Origin: Trypanosoma brucei
Taxonomy: Eukaryota
Direction: 5' to 3'
Length of the DNA stretch: 64,000 nt
Assembly (NCBI GenBank): GCA_000002445.1
Contig: CP000070.1
Location: 1,568,001 to 1,632,000, forward strand
In this document: one piece after another, positions 44,050 through 55,568 of the stretch
Layout of the letters: every line of letters begins with the position of its first letter
Numbering within the stretch: the stretch's first letter is position 1
Made by a program: the position numbers and the translations under genes
The notes under the pieces: generated by a model
Seen by the model: only the letters and a program-made list of their open reading frames with translations
What the model was told of the DNA's origin: nothing
Database searches by the model: none

Positions 44050-45807
44050 ATGAGCGCACCCGTCGACAACGTCGTGGTGGAGCGGCTCTCTACAGCCAAC
44101 CAAAAACCCATCAACGAGCCCCGCCGCTTTGCGCTCTTGGTTCTTGGCGCCTTTTGTTCCATGTGTACGTCCTTTCTCTATGCCTTCAATCTCGTATCTG
44201 GAGCAATGCAAGCGCGCTACAACCTCACACAGCGAGATCTCTCCACCATCACTACTGTTGGTATCGCAGTTGGATATTTCTTGCTGCCCTACAGCTTCAT
44301 CTATGACTATCTGGGGCCGAGACCCATATTTATGCTCTCAGTAACGGTGTTCTGCCTGGGTACGTTGCTTCTCGCACTGACATTCCAAGAAGTGATCGAA
44401 GGATCTGTTGTGAGACTCAGTGTCTACAATGGTCTCATGACATTGGGATGTATGTTGTTTGACTTAGGCGGTGTGGTGACAGTACTCAGCGTGTTTCCAT
44501 CCAACCGTGGTGCCATTGTGGCTATCATGAAGAGCTTTGCAGGACTTGGTTCCGCAATCCTAGGCAGTATTCAGTTGGCCTTCTTCAGTGACAGGCCAGA
44601 TATATATTTCTTTTCTATCATGTCGTTTGCCCTAACGGTTGGTATCCTCGGCATTGTATTCATGCGTCTGCCACCATTCCATTTGACGGGCTATCAGGAA
44701 AAGCACCTTGATGAAGAAGAGAAGGCACAGAGGCTTGCGCGCAAGGGTGTGTACCTGAAGCAGAAGGCACCCATGTGGCGTTTCATCTATGGTTTCGTCC
44801 TTCTCATCATCCTCATTTTCTTCCTCCCCCTGCAGGGAGCGCTCGTAGCGTATCTCAAACTCGGAAGCAACTTCAAGGTGGGGTTTGCTGTGACAGTTAT
44901 TGTGTTGACCGCAATATTCCCTTTTATGGCATTCCCACTTACTACCTTCGACGGAAAACGCCCACATGACGATTCTGATGGTGAGGTGGATGATAAAGAG
45001 GAAATGAGTGAAGAGCCCTTCCCTGTGGAAGATAAGGTAGTTGAGACTGATGTCGACTATATTGCTCCACAGTTCCAGGAAACATTTTTCGAGAGCCTGA
45101 AAACCGCACGGTTATGGTGCCTACTGTGGTCAATTTTCTGTTGCGTTGGTGCCGAGTTTGTCATCATTTTTAATGCCCGATTTGTATACACGGCACTTGC
45201 GGGTGAGGTCCCCGACGACGCGCTAAACACCCTCCTTACTGTTCTAAATGGTGTGGGTAGTGCTGTAGGACGACTTTGTATGAGTTACTTCGAAATCTGG
45301 TCGCAGAAGCGCCGTGCTGAAGATCGCGTCCCCATCACCATTGCGCTGTTTATCCCTTCGGTTTGTATCATCACCATGTTGACACTCTTCCTCACTCTCC
45401 CGAAGGCTGCATTACCTTTACCATACTTCATCGCAGCAACAGCCAACGGCTTTATGGCCACAACCATCGCTCTCGTCGCCCGCACAATATTCGCCAAGGA
45501 TCCTGCAAAGCATTATGATTTCTGCTTTCTTGGTTCAATGCTTTCAGCCATCTTCCTTAATCGTCTACTGTACGGTGAGTGGTACACGCAACAAGCCGAT
45601 AAGTTGGGTCAGGATGTTTGCACCGAGCGTGTTTGTGTGGTGATGCCGCTTGCATTCTTACTTGGTTTATCTTTCTTGGCATTCATCACCAGCACCTACG
45701 TGCATCTGCAGTACCGAAATCTTTGTTTGAAAGCTCTTGAAGAACGTCGGCGCATCAGAGAAGGCGAAGAGGCATTAAATGATGAGTCACTGTCCCACAC
45801 AGAATAG
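44050..45807 (+). CDS. PAD7: PAD-family MFS transporter, array copy 7 (protein-identical to copy 5)
   Basis: 585 aa. By eye, the translation is identical to the 37826-39583 copy. Confidence 0.65.
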   Translation: MSAPVDNVVVERLSTANQKPINEPRRFALLVLGAFCSMCTSFLYAFNLVSGAMQARYNLTQRDLSTITTVGIAVGYFLLPYSFIYDYLGPRPIFMLSVTVFCLGTLLLALTFQEVIEGSVVRLSVYNGLMTLGCMLFDLGGVVTVLSVFPSNRGAIVAIMKSFAGLGSAILGSIQLAFFSDRPDIYFFSIMSFALTVGILGIVFMRLPPFHLTGYQEKHLDEEEKAQRLARKGVYLKQKAPMWRFIYGFVLLIILIFFLPLQGALVAYLKLGSNFKVGFAVTVIVLTAIFPFMAFPLTTFDGKRPHDDSDGEVDDKEEMSEEPFPVEDKVVETDVDYIAPQFQETFFESLKTARLWCLLWSIFCCVGAEFVIIFNARFVYTALAGEVPDDALNTLLTVLNGVGSAVGRLCMSYFEIWSQKRRAEDRVPITIALFIPSVCIITMLTLFLTLPKAALPLPYFIAATANGFMATTIALVARTIFAKDPAKHYDFCFLGSMLSAIFLNRLLYGEWYTQQADKLGQDVCTERVCVVMPLAFLLGLSFLAFITSTYVHLQYRNLCLKALEERRRIREGEEALNDESLSHTE

Positions 45808-47024
45808 GCTGCCGATGTCAGTTTGGCCTTTGGTAAGTAAATTATGTGCTTTGCTTTGATTTATAACATTCATAAGGTTTGTAAAAGTGCTGGTCAGCTA
45901 AATTTTCTTTACACCAATTTTACATTGTGAGCCCTTCCCTTAATATTTTTCCTTCACAATTCCATCCCATCATTTTCGTTGTTTTGTGTTAACATCTGCC
46001 TGTGACTCATCAGGTAAATACTGATCTTTTCCCCTTTTGGTTAACTTTTATTATTATTATTTTTTAATGTGTTCGTCCGGATTTGTGGTCTTATGATAAT
46101 GCGTACGACAATATAAGCCGCTGATATGAGTGAGGGAACGTTATGCAGCGTACTCGGTAGACTCCAAGTACTGTAATTTACTTCCCTTTCAAGTGGTTCG
46201 TACGAATAATTTGTGTCACGGCATCTTATTCATTTTTGTTTTCAGATATTAATAATTCCACGAGTATCTTTCTGCCGCTCTGTAATGTTCTTTTGTTTTC
46301 TCTTAATAAGCTGTTGGTTGTCATTTTCGTTTACGTACCTAAATATATATATATATATGTATACTCATGTGTACCTATTTTACACTATAATGAAAAATGC
46401 AACGGTGTGACATATATCACACATAGCCAACAAAACATTTTCGGCACATATAACCTCTTTAAAGAGAATAAAACATTTAAAAATAAATACACGAAGACTA
46501 TATGCGGGGACCCTACGGCGCACCAGCGTAACTACAGTATTGACAATATATTATCAACTGCCACTCTTCACCCGTGGAAACACCATGTAATCCTTTTCTT
46601 CTTGCGGTGGGAGAGAGGAGAGTGCAGAACAACACAGGCACCCCAACACCGTTGATCCGTAGTGCTACCTATCTCGTCTTCATATCTTTACTGCTTGTTA
46701 TAATTTTGTCTTTTTCACCTTTTTTTTTCGGCTGCGCTGTCACGGTTTTATAAATGTCCATTGCAAAATAGTTGCTCTCAAGACACACATCAATAGCATT
46801 ATATCCGCCCAATACCTCTTCTTTCATTCTCCCAAAACTTAATGCTTTCATTTCTCCCTTTTCGACTTATTGAACCTTTGAACAATACCACAGACTAACA
46901 GCAATAAACAAGCACGCAGTCACGTAAAGGAACCTAACATTTTAGGGAAACAAAAATTATCTGGCAGCACACTGGGTGAAACATCGGGAGGAATACAACT
47001 GAGCGTACTGTACAAAACATTGCC

Positions 47025-48821
47025 ATGAGCGCACCCGTCGACAACGTCGTGGTGGAGCGGCTCTCTACAGCCAACCAAAAACCGGTCAGTGAGCCCCGCC
47101 GTTTCGCCACTTTGGTTCTCGGCGTCTTTTGTTGTATGTGCACATCCTTCATGTATGCCTTCAATCTTATATCTGGAGCAATGCAGGAACGTTACGACCT
47201 CACACAGCGAGATCTCTCCACCATCACTACTGTTGGTATTGTAGTTGGATATTTCTTGCTGCCTTATGGTTTCATCTATGACTATCTGGGGCCGAGACCT
47301 GTATTTGTAATATCAATGACAGTTTTCTGCCTGGGTACGTTGCTTCTCGCACTGACATTCCAAGAAGTGATTGAAGGATCTGTTGTGAGACTCAGTGTCT
47401 ACAATGGTCTCATGGTATTGGGATGTATGTTGTTTGACTTGGGTGCCGTGGTAACAGTACTCAGCGTGTTTCCATCCAACCGTGGTGCCGTGATGGCCAT
47501 CATGAAGACATTTACGGGTCTTGGTTCCGCAATCGTCGGTTGTATACGACTAGGTTTCTTGAGTCAGAGTACCTCTGCTTATTTCTACTTCCTCATGTCG
47601 TTTGCCCTGGCCGCTGGCATCTTGGCTATTGCATTTCTGCGTCTGCCACCATTCCATTTGACGGGCTATCAGGAAAAGCACCTTGATGAAGAAGAGAAGG
47701 CACAGCTTCGCGTAACGAAGGGCGTGTACCTGAAGCAGAAGGCACCCATGTGGCGTTTCGTCTACGGTTTTGCTATTCTTTTGATTCTCATTGTGTTCCT
47801 CCCCCTGCAGGGATCACTGTCCGCCTATCTCAAACTCGGAAGCAACTTCAGGGTGGGGTTTGCACTCGTTGTTATCGCGTTGATCGTAATATTCCCTTTT
47901 ATGGCATTCCCACTTACTACCTTCGACGGCAAACGCCCACATGACGATTCTGACAGCAAAGCCAAAGAACACGTTGGAGCAGGTGATGAAGTTTCCGCGG
48001 CGGAAGATAAGGTAGTTGAGACTGATGTCGACTATATTGCTCCACAGTTCCAGGAAACATTTATCGCAGGATTGAAAACCGCACGGTTATGGTGCCTACT
48101 GTGGTCAGTTTTCTGTTGCGTTGGTGTGCACTATGTTGTCATCTACAATGCTCGTTTCATCTACACGGCACTGACCGGTGAGGCCCCTGAAGACGCGCTA
48201 AACACCCTCCTTACTGTTCTAAATGGTGTGGGTAGTGCTGTAGGACGACTTTGTATGAGTTACTTCGAAATCTGGTCGCAGAAGCGCCGTGCTGAAGATC
48301 GCGTCCCCATCACCATTGCGCTGTTTATCCCTTCGGTTTGTATCATCACCATGTTGACACTCTTCCTCACTCTCCCGAAGGCTGCATTACCTTTACCATA
48401 CTTCATCGCAGCGTTCTCAAATGGTTTCACAGCGGCGATTATTGCATTGGTAACGCGCACAATATTCGCCAAGGATCCTGCAAAGCATTACAACTTCTGC
48501 TATCTCGCCTCCGTGCTTTCAGCCATCTTCCTTAATCGTCTACTGTACGGTGAGTGGTACACGCAACAGGCCGATAAGTTGGGTCAGGATGTTTGCAAGA
48601 AGCGTGTTTGTGTGGTGATGCCGCTTGCATTTATGTTAGGTCTCGCCTTCCCAGCATTTGCTACTAGCACCTACTTGCATCTGCAGTACCGCCGCCTTTG
48701 CACGCTTGCGCTTGAGGAACGTCAGCGCATCCGGGAGGAGGAGCGTGTGCTAAATGAGTTGCCTTCTAACCCTATAGAGCCGACGGGGAATGCCGGTGAA
48801 CCTGCGCATCAACTCAAGTGA
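47025..48821 (+). CDS. PAD8: PAD-family MFS transporter, array copy 8
   Basis: 598 aa. A mosaic: copy-4/6-like loop and C-tail, copy-1-like segments (…FTAAIIALVTRTIFAKDPAKHYNFCYLASVLSAIF, AFPAFATSTYLHLQYRRLC). Confidence 0.65.
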   Translation: MSAPVDNVVVERLSTANQKPVSEPRRFATLVLGVFCCMCTSFMYAFNLISGAMQERYDLTQRDLSTITTVGIVVGYFLLPYGFIYDYLGPRPVFVISMTVFCLGTLLLALTFQEVIEGSVVRLSVYNGLMVLGCMLFDLGAVVTVLSVFPSNRGAVMAIMKTFTGLGSAIVGCIRLGFLSQSTSAYFYFLMSFALAAGILAIAFLRLPPFHLTGYQEKHLDEEEKAQLRVTKGVYLKQKAPMWRFVYGFAILLILIVFLPLQGSLSAYLKLGSNFRVGFALVVIALIVIFPFMAFPLTTFDGKRPHDDSDSKAKEHVGAGDEVSAAEDKVVETDVDYIAPQFQETFIAGLKTARLWCLLWSVFCCVGVHYVVIYNARFIYTALTGEAPEDALNTLLTVLNGVGSAVGRLCMSYFEIWSQKRRAEDRVPITIALFIPSVCIITMLTLFLTLPKAALPLPYFIAAFSNGFTAAIIALVTRTIFAKDPAKHYNFCYLASVLSAIFLNRLLYGEWYTQQADKLGQDVCKKRVCVVMPLAFMLGLAFPAFATSTYLHLQYRRLCTLALEERQRIREEERVLNELPSNPIEPTGNAGEPAHQLK

Positions 48822-49187
48822 GTATGGAAGTTACTCGATTTTAAGCTGTGAGGTAATTTAAAAAAACGTGTTTATTTGTTATTTTTTTTTTTTGCGTGTA
48901 CAAAACGCCTTTAGTGTCTTGTGGTAATATCTTGTATCTCTTAATTATGCTAATATACTAAAAACCGTATTTCTTGTTCTTACCCACTGCGGGAAGTGGA
49001 CACTTGGATTAACAGTATCATAAGACAGAACTCTCTTTTTGATCCATGGTAAACTTCCCGCTACATTCTCTCATTTTCTCCGGGTGTGTATGTAGGGATT
49101 TTTTTATAATTTTATTCCCTATTTTTTTTTCTTACCTTTGGTGGCAAAGTGAGCGTCAAATTATTTATTCAACCGTGTTTTAATGTA

Positions 49188-49592
49188 TTTTTGCATATGG
49201 GTTTACCCAGCGTGAGATGTCCAGCAGCAGGCAGGCACATACACACGCAGCAAATAGTGGTTTCACTGCTGTTTATCTTCTGTTGGGTTTAAAAAACTCG
49301 CAATCTGAGCACCTTTCTGTTCGAGGGCTGACGATATTACTCCCCTGCTTCGGAGCTAAGGTTTCTTTGGCAGGTTGTCTTTCGCCCGCCCTCCTAAATT
49401 GTGTTGTCTTTTTGGGAAAACGGCAATAACTTTCAGATACCTTTATTACTTATTTGTGTGTGACCCTCCCTGCCTCGTTGTGTGCGCAGGTGGGATGCCA
49501 CCACTCGTCACTTCCGACTTAACTCCTCTGCATAATACAGAAAAAGCTATTGATCTTTCCTTACATTTTCTCGTGTTGGAAGGTTTGTTGTT
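49188..49592 (+). repeat. type-B intergenic element, truncated terminal copy
   Basis: Matches the first ~400 bp of the element, then diverges at ~49593 (…ggaaggtttgttg|ttcatgcg…). Marks the end of the array. Confidence 0.75.
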
Positions 49593-50589
49593 CATGCGTT
49601 CTTTTTTGCCGCTGAGCGATGGTTGCTTTAGCAAAGCCTTTGTGGACCAAAACGTAGTTTCCAAAAAGTAATGGATCGATGCTGATTTGGGTTGTCTGCT
49701 CTTATGTTATGTTGTTGCGTGTAAGGTCCATGTTGAGGAGGCCTGAGGCTTACTGAGAAACACTTTTTGAGCTTAAATCACTTCAAATGTGGCGGCGTTG
49801 ACTGCAGTGTACGGTGGTGTTCTGTTTTAAGACAAGGCAATTGAGAAGGAATGATGAAATATCTTCGAAAGACCCAAACTCTCGCGTGGGGCACGCATGG
49901 AGAAACGCATTATTATTACTTTTTTTTTGACCTGACACAGCATATTGTACAACCCCTTTCCACACCCCTACTGAGGAACAACACCATGCGATTGCCCAGC
50001 ACCGCCTCATGTTTATTTCCCGCTCATCAGATCCGCCCTCAACACTGAAGGATTTTGAAGTTAAGGTAGGCGGCAGGTGAATGGTTGACAGCAGGATGTT
50101 CCTGGCACCACTCTTCCTTTCTGGTGTATGCTTTACAACATCTCCTTGTCGGAACAAGTCCGGCAGCCACGCACTTTTAAGTTAAGGTGGCACATCAGCG
50201 AGTCACCCGTACACTCACCAATTTTGATCCGTTATTCCACAGAAGGATGTTAACCTTGATCGTGGCAAGCTTCGAAAACAACCCCTTTTCTATCCATAAT
50301 CGTATGTAGGTGTTGTCGTCATGCAACTCGGCTGACCCTCTCTTTCCGACTCGGAACCAAAGAAAAGAACACCCATCTTCTGTAAAAATACATTTGTCTC
50401 CGCGCCCGAAAATTAACTACTACCACTTTTTCCATGTGAGGGAGAAAAGTTACCACTCACTACATTGTTACAGTTACTCAGTAAAATCACAAGAATCAAA
50501 GTACAACAAAATAAACCCACATAATAAAAAATATTAGAATTACGCTTCCAATATTACCGCCACTCGCCCCCTCTCACTCATGTCGTTAT

Positions 50590-52771
50590 GGCGTGTTACA
50601 TTTTTGTTAGGGTATGTTGTGTCGTTTTATTTATTTAGTGGTTTTGTGGGTGACGGCAAAGTGGCGTGTGTACGGTAATATATAGGAGTGACGGTGAGTG
50701 TTTTTGACTTTTGCTTACACTTTATGAACTATTCTATCCGTTGCTATGCATAGTTGCGCGTGTTTTTGTTTAGCAAGCGAATTTTCGGGACAAGTTGCTT
50801 TACTTCACGTTGGGTGGATGTGGCTAGTGCGTGAATATCGCTCACTGTGAGTTCTCTGTGCCCTGTGCGCGTCACGTGCACCACCTGCGCCTGATACAGC
50901 CCCTGCGGGTTACCAAGTTTTCCTTATTTCTTACTCTATTCTTCTGCTCTTCTTTTCGCTTCGTGACGCGGCCCACTGACGTTGTAATTCTTCTGACTAC
51001 TTGCTGTGGGAAAGAAAGGGGACAGGTGCCTAAGGGACCAGCTGGCAACGAAACCGTCTTGATCTTTGCCAAAATCTCCGCAGCAGCATGTGTGCTATAC
51101 TGAGGGCTCAGCCCTTCACCACGCTCTAAACCTGAGGCGGTGGGGTAGCACCCCCCGCAGGTTCTCCCTTTTGGCCTTCGTCTGGCGGTGTTTCCCTACG
51201 CAGTCATTTTATATTTCTGCCCCTTTCGAAAGTCCCACGCAAGCCTCACCACTTTGACCAGGGAACCGGTTTCCGTGTGTCCCCACCCTTTTCATCCCCC
51301 TCACAAAAGACCCTTTGATTCCAACAGCAAATCTCTTGTTCGAACTCAACGGCAGCCATGGGCCCACCTCCAAACCGACCTTACGAAAGCAGGTCGCGCC
51401 TAAGGCATCTTCTCCCCGCACAGCGGTGGGCCACAGAGACGGCCCATGTCTCACTACCTGCCGCTTGGAAAGCAATGACGTCCAGTATTTCCCGATGTTT
51501 CAGAGCGCCTCGAAGAGATGCCCTTAGCTTCAAATCCTTCTGGAGTAGAGGGCAGGGGACACAAATGTCGTCGTCGGTCCTTGACCCGCGAGCCTCGGGC
51601 GATCGCTTGGTTGTATTTTTTAGCGTTTGCGCGGCCAATTCGCAGTCGTTCCGCTCTCGCTGCCCCCTTGCGCTCCGGCTTTGTTATCTTTTCAACTTTT
51701 CTTTCCCCACGAAAATAATGGGCGAACCCGGGCACGCGCTGATGTTATTGCGCGTTCCTCTATATTTCGATTCCGTTTTCGGATTGCATCCATACTTATT
51801 CGGTGAGTTTTACCATGCCGCAACACCGGAGGGGAGGGGCTCTTACTCCGAGCGTATCACTGGATTGTTAACTCTCCTCGTCCCAAATTCGGGGGCGGGG
51901 GTGCTGTGAATGCCTCGCGGGGCGTCAGTACGTTTGGTTCATCCCTTTCTAGCTTCTGACCTTATTCTCGTAATCTCACCGTCTGCGCTCGCTACTACTC
52001 TTGCTGGGGGAGCGCTCTGGAGCCGTCTGCGGTGTTTGGGGATTCCATTGTAGAACTGCGAAAGGATAATTTACCCCATTTCGGTGCATTGCGTCTTTGG
52101 TGCCGGTCCAACGCCACCGAAAAGACTTCTCCCCCGCACGCTCGTACTAATCCGGCCTCGATGCCGGTGTGTTCTTCGCGCACCCTCCTCGTGGCACCCG
52201 CCCAAACATCCACGGTTCAAGCCAAGTGTGCCTGTCGGAGGTCGCTTCCTTCGCCCGAAATTTGATCCTCTATCTCATCTCCTCCCCCCCTCTCAATATC
52301 GCGGTGGGAAAACATAGATTACCTCGAAATTGCCACACTTCTTTTGACACGTGAGCACCACCCTCTATATACAACCTAAAAGCCCATCCTCCGTTCTAGT
52401 TCGGCCCGCCATATGGGAAAGCGATGGTGGCATGAGCCCTAAATACCCCTACCTTCTTCTACGACAAGGGGCTTGTCCTCTATTTCCCGTAGCGTACTCA
52501 ACTCCATTTCTGTCGGCACCGCCCCTACGCGATGGACACAAGCTATTATTCCGGCGCTCACTTGCTTCTATATTTTTCCGTATTTTCGAAGATTATCATT
52601 TCTGCGCCAGAGAAGGTGCGTGACCCCACATGGCCATCTCTCCAAACCTGGTAATCTGATTTCCTTACTTCCACCTTTTTCAATACGTGAGACTTCTTCC
52701 TTTTGTCTAGCGCATTCCCCTTGGACCTTTTCAGGGAAGGGACATTTATGTGCACACCAGTGGTCGATGCC
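50590..52771 (+). repeat. left arm of large near-perfect inverted repeat (~2.18 kb)
   Basis: The six-frame track gives identical ORF translations on opposite strands at mirror coordinates (x + x' = 108340), e.g. 50831-51103(+) = 57237-57509(–), 51358-51909(+) = 56431-56982(–), 52351-52623(+) = 55717-55989(–). The nucleotide match was read directly at both boundaries. It starts at …gtgttacatttttgttagggtatg… (50593). The inner end is at …ccagtggtcgatgcc (52771). Confidence 0.9.
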
Positions 52772-55568
52772 CATGGCATAACCTCTATGGGGTGCAACCA
52801 AATTGTTTAATTGGAGCACCATCCTTCCGTTGAATTTGTCCAAACGAGCATTTGGTGGCCGCAGGTATGGCTTGGGGCTCGCACACCCGCAAAGTTCTCC
52901 CCTTTGGCATTTGGGGTCGGGCAGTGCTCCACCAAACTTGCGGCTAGCAGTTGCCCAACAGCCCCAGGTTTCGCGTTTTTTGAACGCCCCTTTTCCAGTT
53001 ACAGTCAGTGGGGCTCCGGCGACTGTGTCGCCTCCGGCGGTTCTCATTTGCCATTTCAAACGGGGAAATGAAAAGCACACAACCCGAAATATTTGAGGCA
53101 CAAAAGGGCACCCAGCCTCGACGAAACTCGTCAATTGGCTGGCCCTAGAGCTTCCCCCACAGTAGCCCGTACAGCAACTATGCGCACCGCAGCTGGGCCA
53201 GAACACATGGCAGGACAGATCGATAACACCAGTTCAGTTGGATGGTCTCGCCAACAGCTATTACGGAGAGGAATAAAACACCGAGTTCACAACCTTAGCC
53301 ACCCACTGGGAAAAAGGATGGGGAATGAACAATGATAAGTCAGAATTTTATATCACAGGCATGACGGCAGGAAAACTTCCAATGAACAACCAACAAATGG
53401 TCGGCTACCAGAGGCGAATGAAGATTCAAGTCAACAAACTTATGACCGAAAAGCAAATGACACGGATGGACGCAGCGGCGCAAGGTAATACCAACACGTT
53501 CGAACCATTTGCGCGTGAACGTCGTAGAGCAACGGCACACGTAGAGCAATACCCGAACATCGGTCATTCCCCCTCCGGGGATGATGCCACTACGCCAAAG
53601 GATGTTATACCAATGTTGCTAATAAAGAAACAGCTTCGTGAATTCGGAAGGGGACGGTTAAGGATGCCATTCACCGACACGTTGTCCGCTAATGTGGAGA
53701 AATTTACGACCCCCGTTGGGCAGACACAAGTGACAGGCCAGCCGGAGATATTAGTAACAGAGAAAAAGTTGTCCGCAGAAGGAATATGAGCAGGAATACT
53801 TTGGCTTCCTCTTTTATATGGCCTGAGAATAGTATATGAACTAAATCCTTATCACATTCAGGTCTAATTCGGATACGTATAATAAACAATTGATGAGGCA
53901 AAGGGATGGCATCACCGCCCACTAACGACAAAATTTGCATGAACCACGTAGTTGAACGATTCAGACACGTTCCAACGCGCCATCACAAGGAAGAGCACAA
54001 ATTTCAATGACACAGGTCAGTAATCTTGGACAGAACTAACCCAGGTGATCGCTGCACGTGCGGATGCCGGGAAAACGGTAGGTCTCCAACGGTTACGGAA
54101 AGAAGTGCTAGACGCAGCCAGGTTGATGCAACAAACTTCCAGCCGCGGTCTCCGGTATGCAAAGAACAAAACCAAGAGGAAGACCCACGCAAAGAGCCCT
54201 GGAAAGAATGACGCCAACAGGCGTGCACGCATATCAACAGTCGGTACGATGGAACTGAAAAGCCGGTAAAAAATAAGACCTCACCCCCTTCCCCAAGTTA
54301 CAAAAGGATATCCAACCCACAAGAAAGTCCTTGCCAGAAAGGCCTCAACCCACTGCCAGGGTGGCTGGGAGACATCGAAAAACGCCGGACGCTGCGATTA
54401 AGGTAGAACAAAAATAAATGAAAAAGTTCCTTGCACCCCGGAACTCAAAAAAGGGAGGCTGGCCTCAGCTTCCGCAGCTGAGACTGAAACTACCTGTTCA
54501 TTGGGATTCTGGCGGGCAACACCCGCTTTGAGTGCTACAGATTTGCGGGATACGGGCGTTGACCACTCTTTCTCCCAAAACCACAGTTGAAACACCCCTT
54601 CGGATGGCATAAGAGGGTATTGGGGACAGCGGTCGTACAGTTTCGTTTGTAAGCGGAATGTGAGACGTCGCTTTATTCTTTTCCACGTGTTGTTGTTTAG
54701 TTCGGTTTCATAATCTCGCGAACTGTCCCTCTACGGGAAGGCTGCTTCGCCCCGTATTAGTTTGATCATGTGTACGATTTTTTGCCAATTAGTGCCCAGG
54801 ATTGGCGGCCGCTCAGGCGCTTTGGACCAAAGATGCTACGGCTTCTCGGCCGTTACTTCTCGTAGAGTCCTTCCGTTGGTTTCCAATTTCATCCATAGTT
54901 TCATCCGCGACTCCCCCGGACGTTTTGGCACCCCTCCCTCTCTGGGCTCTAGGTGGTTCCACAAAAAAGCGTATGGGGTCCGAACGTCCACTTCTCTATG
55001 CGTGGTGCCGAGTTGTTTCCCCCCCTCAGGTAGCAAACGCATCACCAACTCTGTTGGTATATGATGGTTAAAGGCGATGCCGGCGTTTTAATTTCACACA
55101 CTTGTGGTGATTCTGTTTTCCCAAACCGGAACCACCCCTTGGGTCCTCAATTATTGCACGAATCTGCATTGTTTCAGGGGTTCGACGTAACCCATCGGGG
55201 TCTTGTGAAGACATTCCGTTTTCCTTCTTTGCCGCAAAAACCAAAGTTGACCTGCGGCTTTTCGTTAAGTTCCAAACGGAAATGAAGTGAATTGACGCCC
55301 CCCCCCCCTCCTATCGCATATCGCTTCCAAAATGTTAGCGGAAGATTCTTGACATAGTGGGGACTATAACAGTAGACGTAGTTTCGATCATCCAGTTTGT
55401 CGTTCATTGCCTGTGGCCGCAGGGTCATGCGCTTTCTTGTTTTACGTCTTTAAGCACGCTCATTGCAAGAGCCCGCAAATGCCTTGATAGCGGGTTGGCC
55501 AACCGAATGAATAATACCAGCTGTTTGGGGTTGTTGGGCGTCATCCTCCCACAACAAAAATTGGGAGT

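Noticed and set aside
51358-51909. 183-aa ORF (and mirror copy 56431-56982) plus many 60-100 aa ORFs inside the inverted repeat
   Set aside because: They overlap each other in several frames, have Arg/Pro/Ser-rich composition typical of random GC-rich DNA, and have no domains. Identical copies on both strands are explained by the DNA repeat itself.
52568-53206. 212-aa minus-strand ORF spanning the arm/core junction
   Set aside because: No motifs. Composition again looks non-coding. The start context is unknown.
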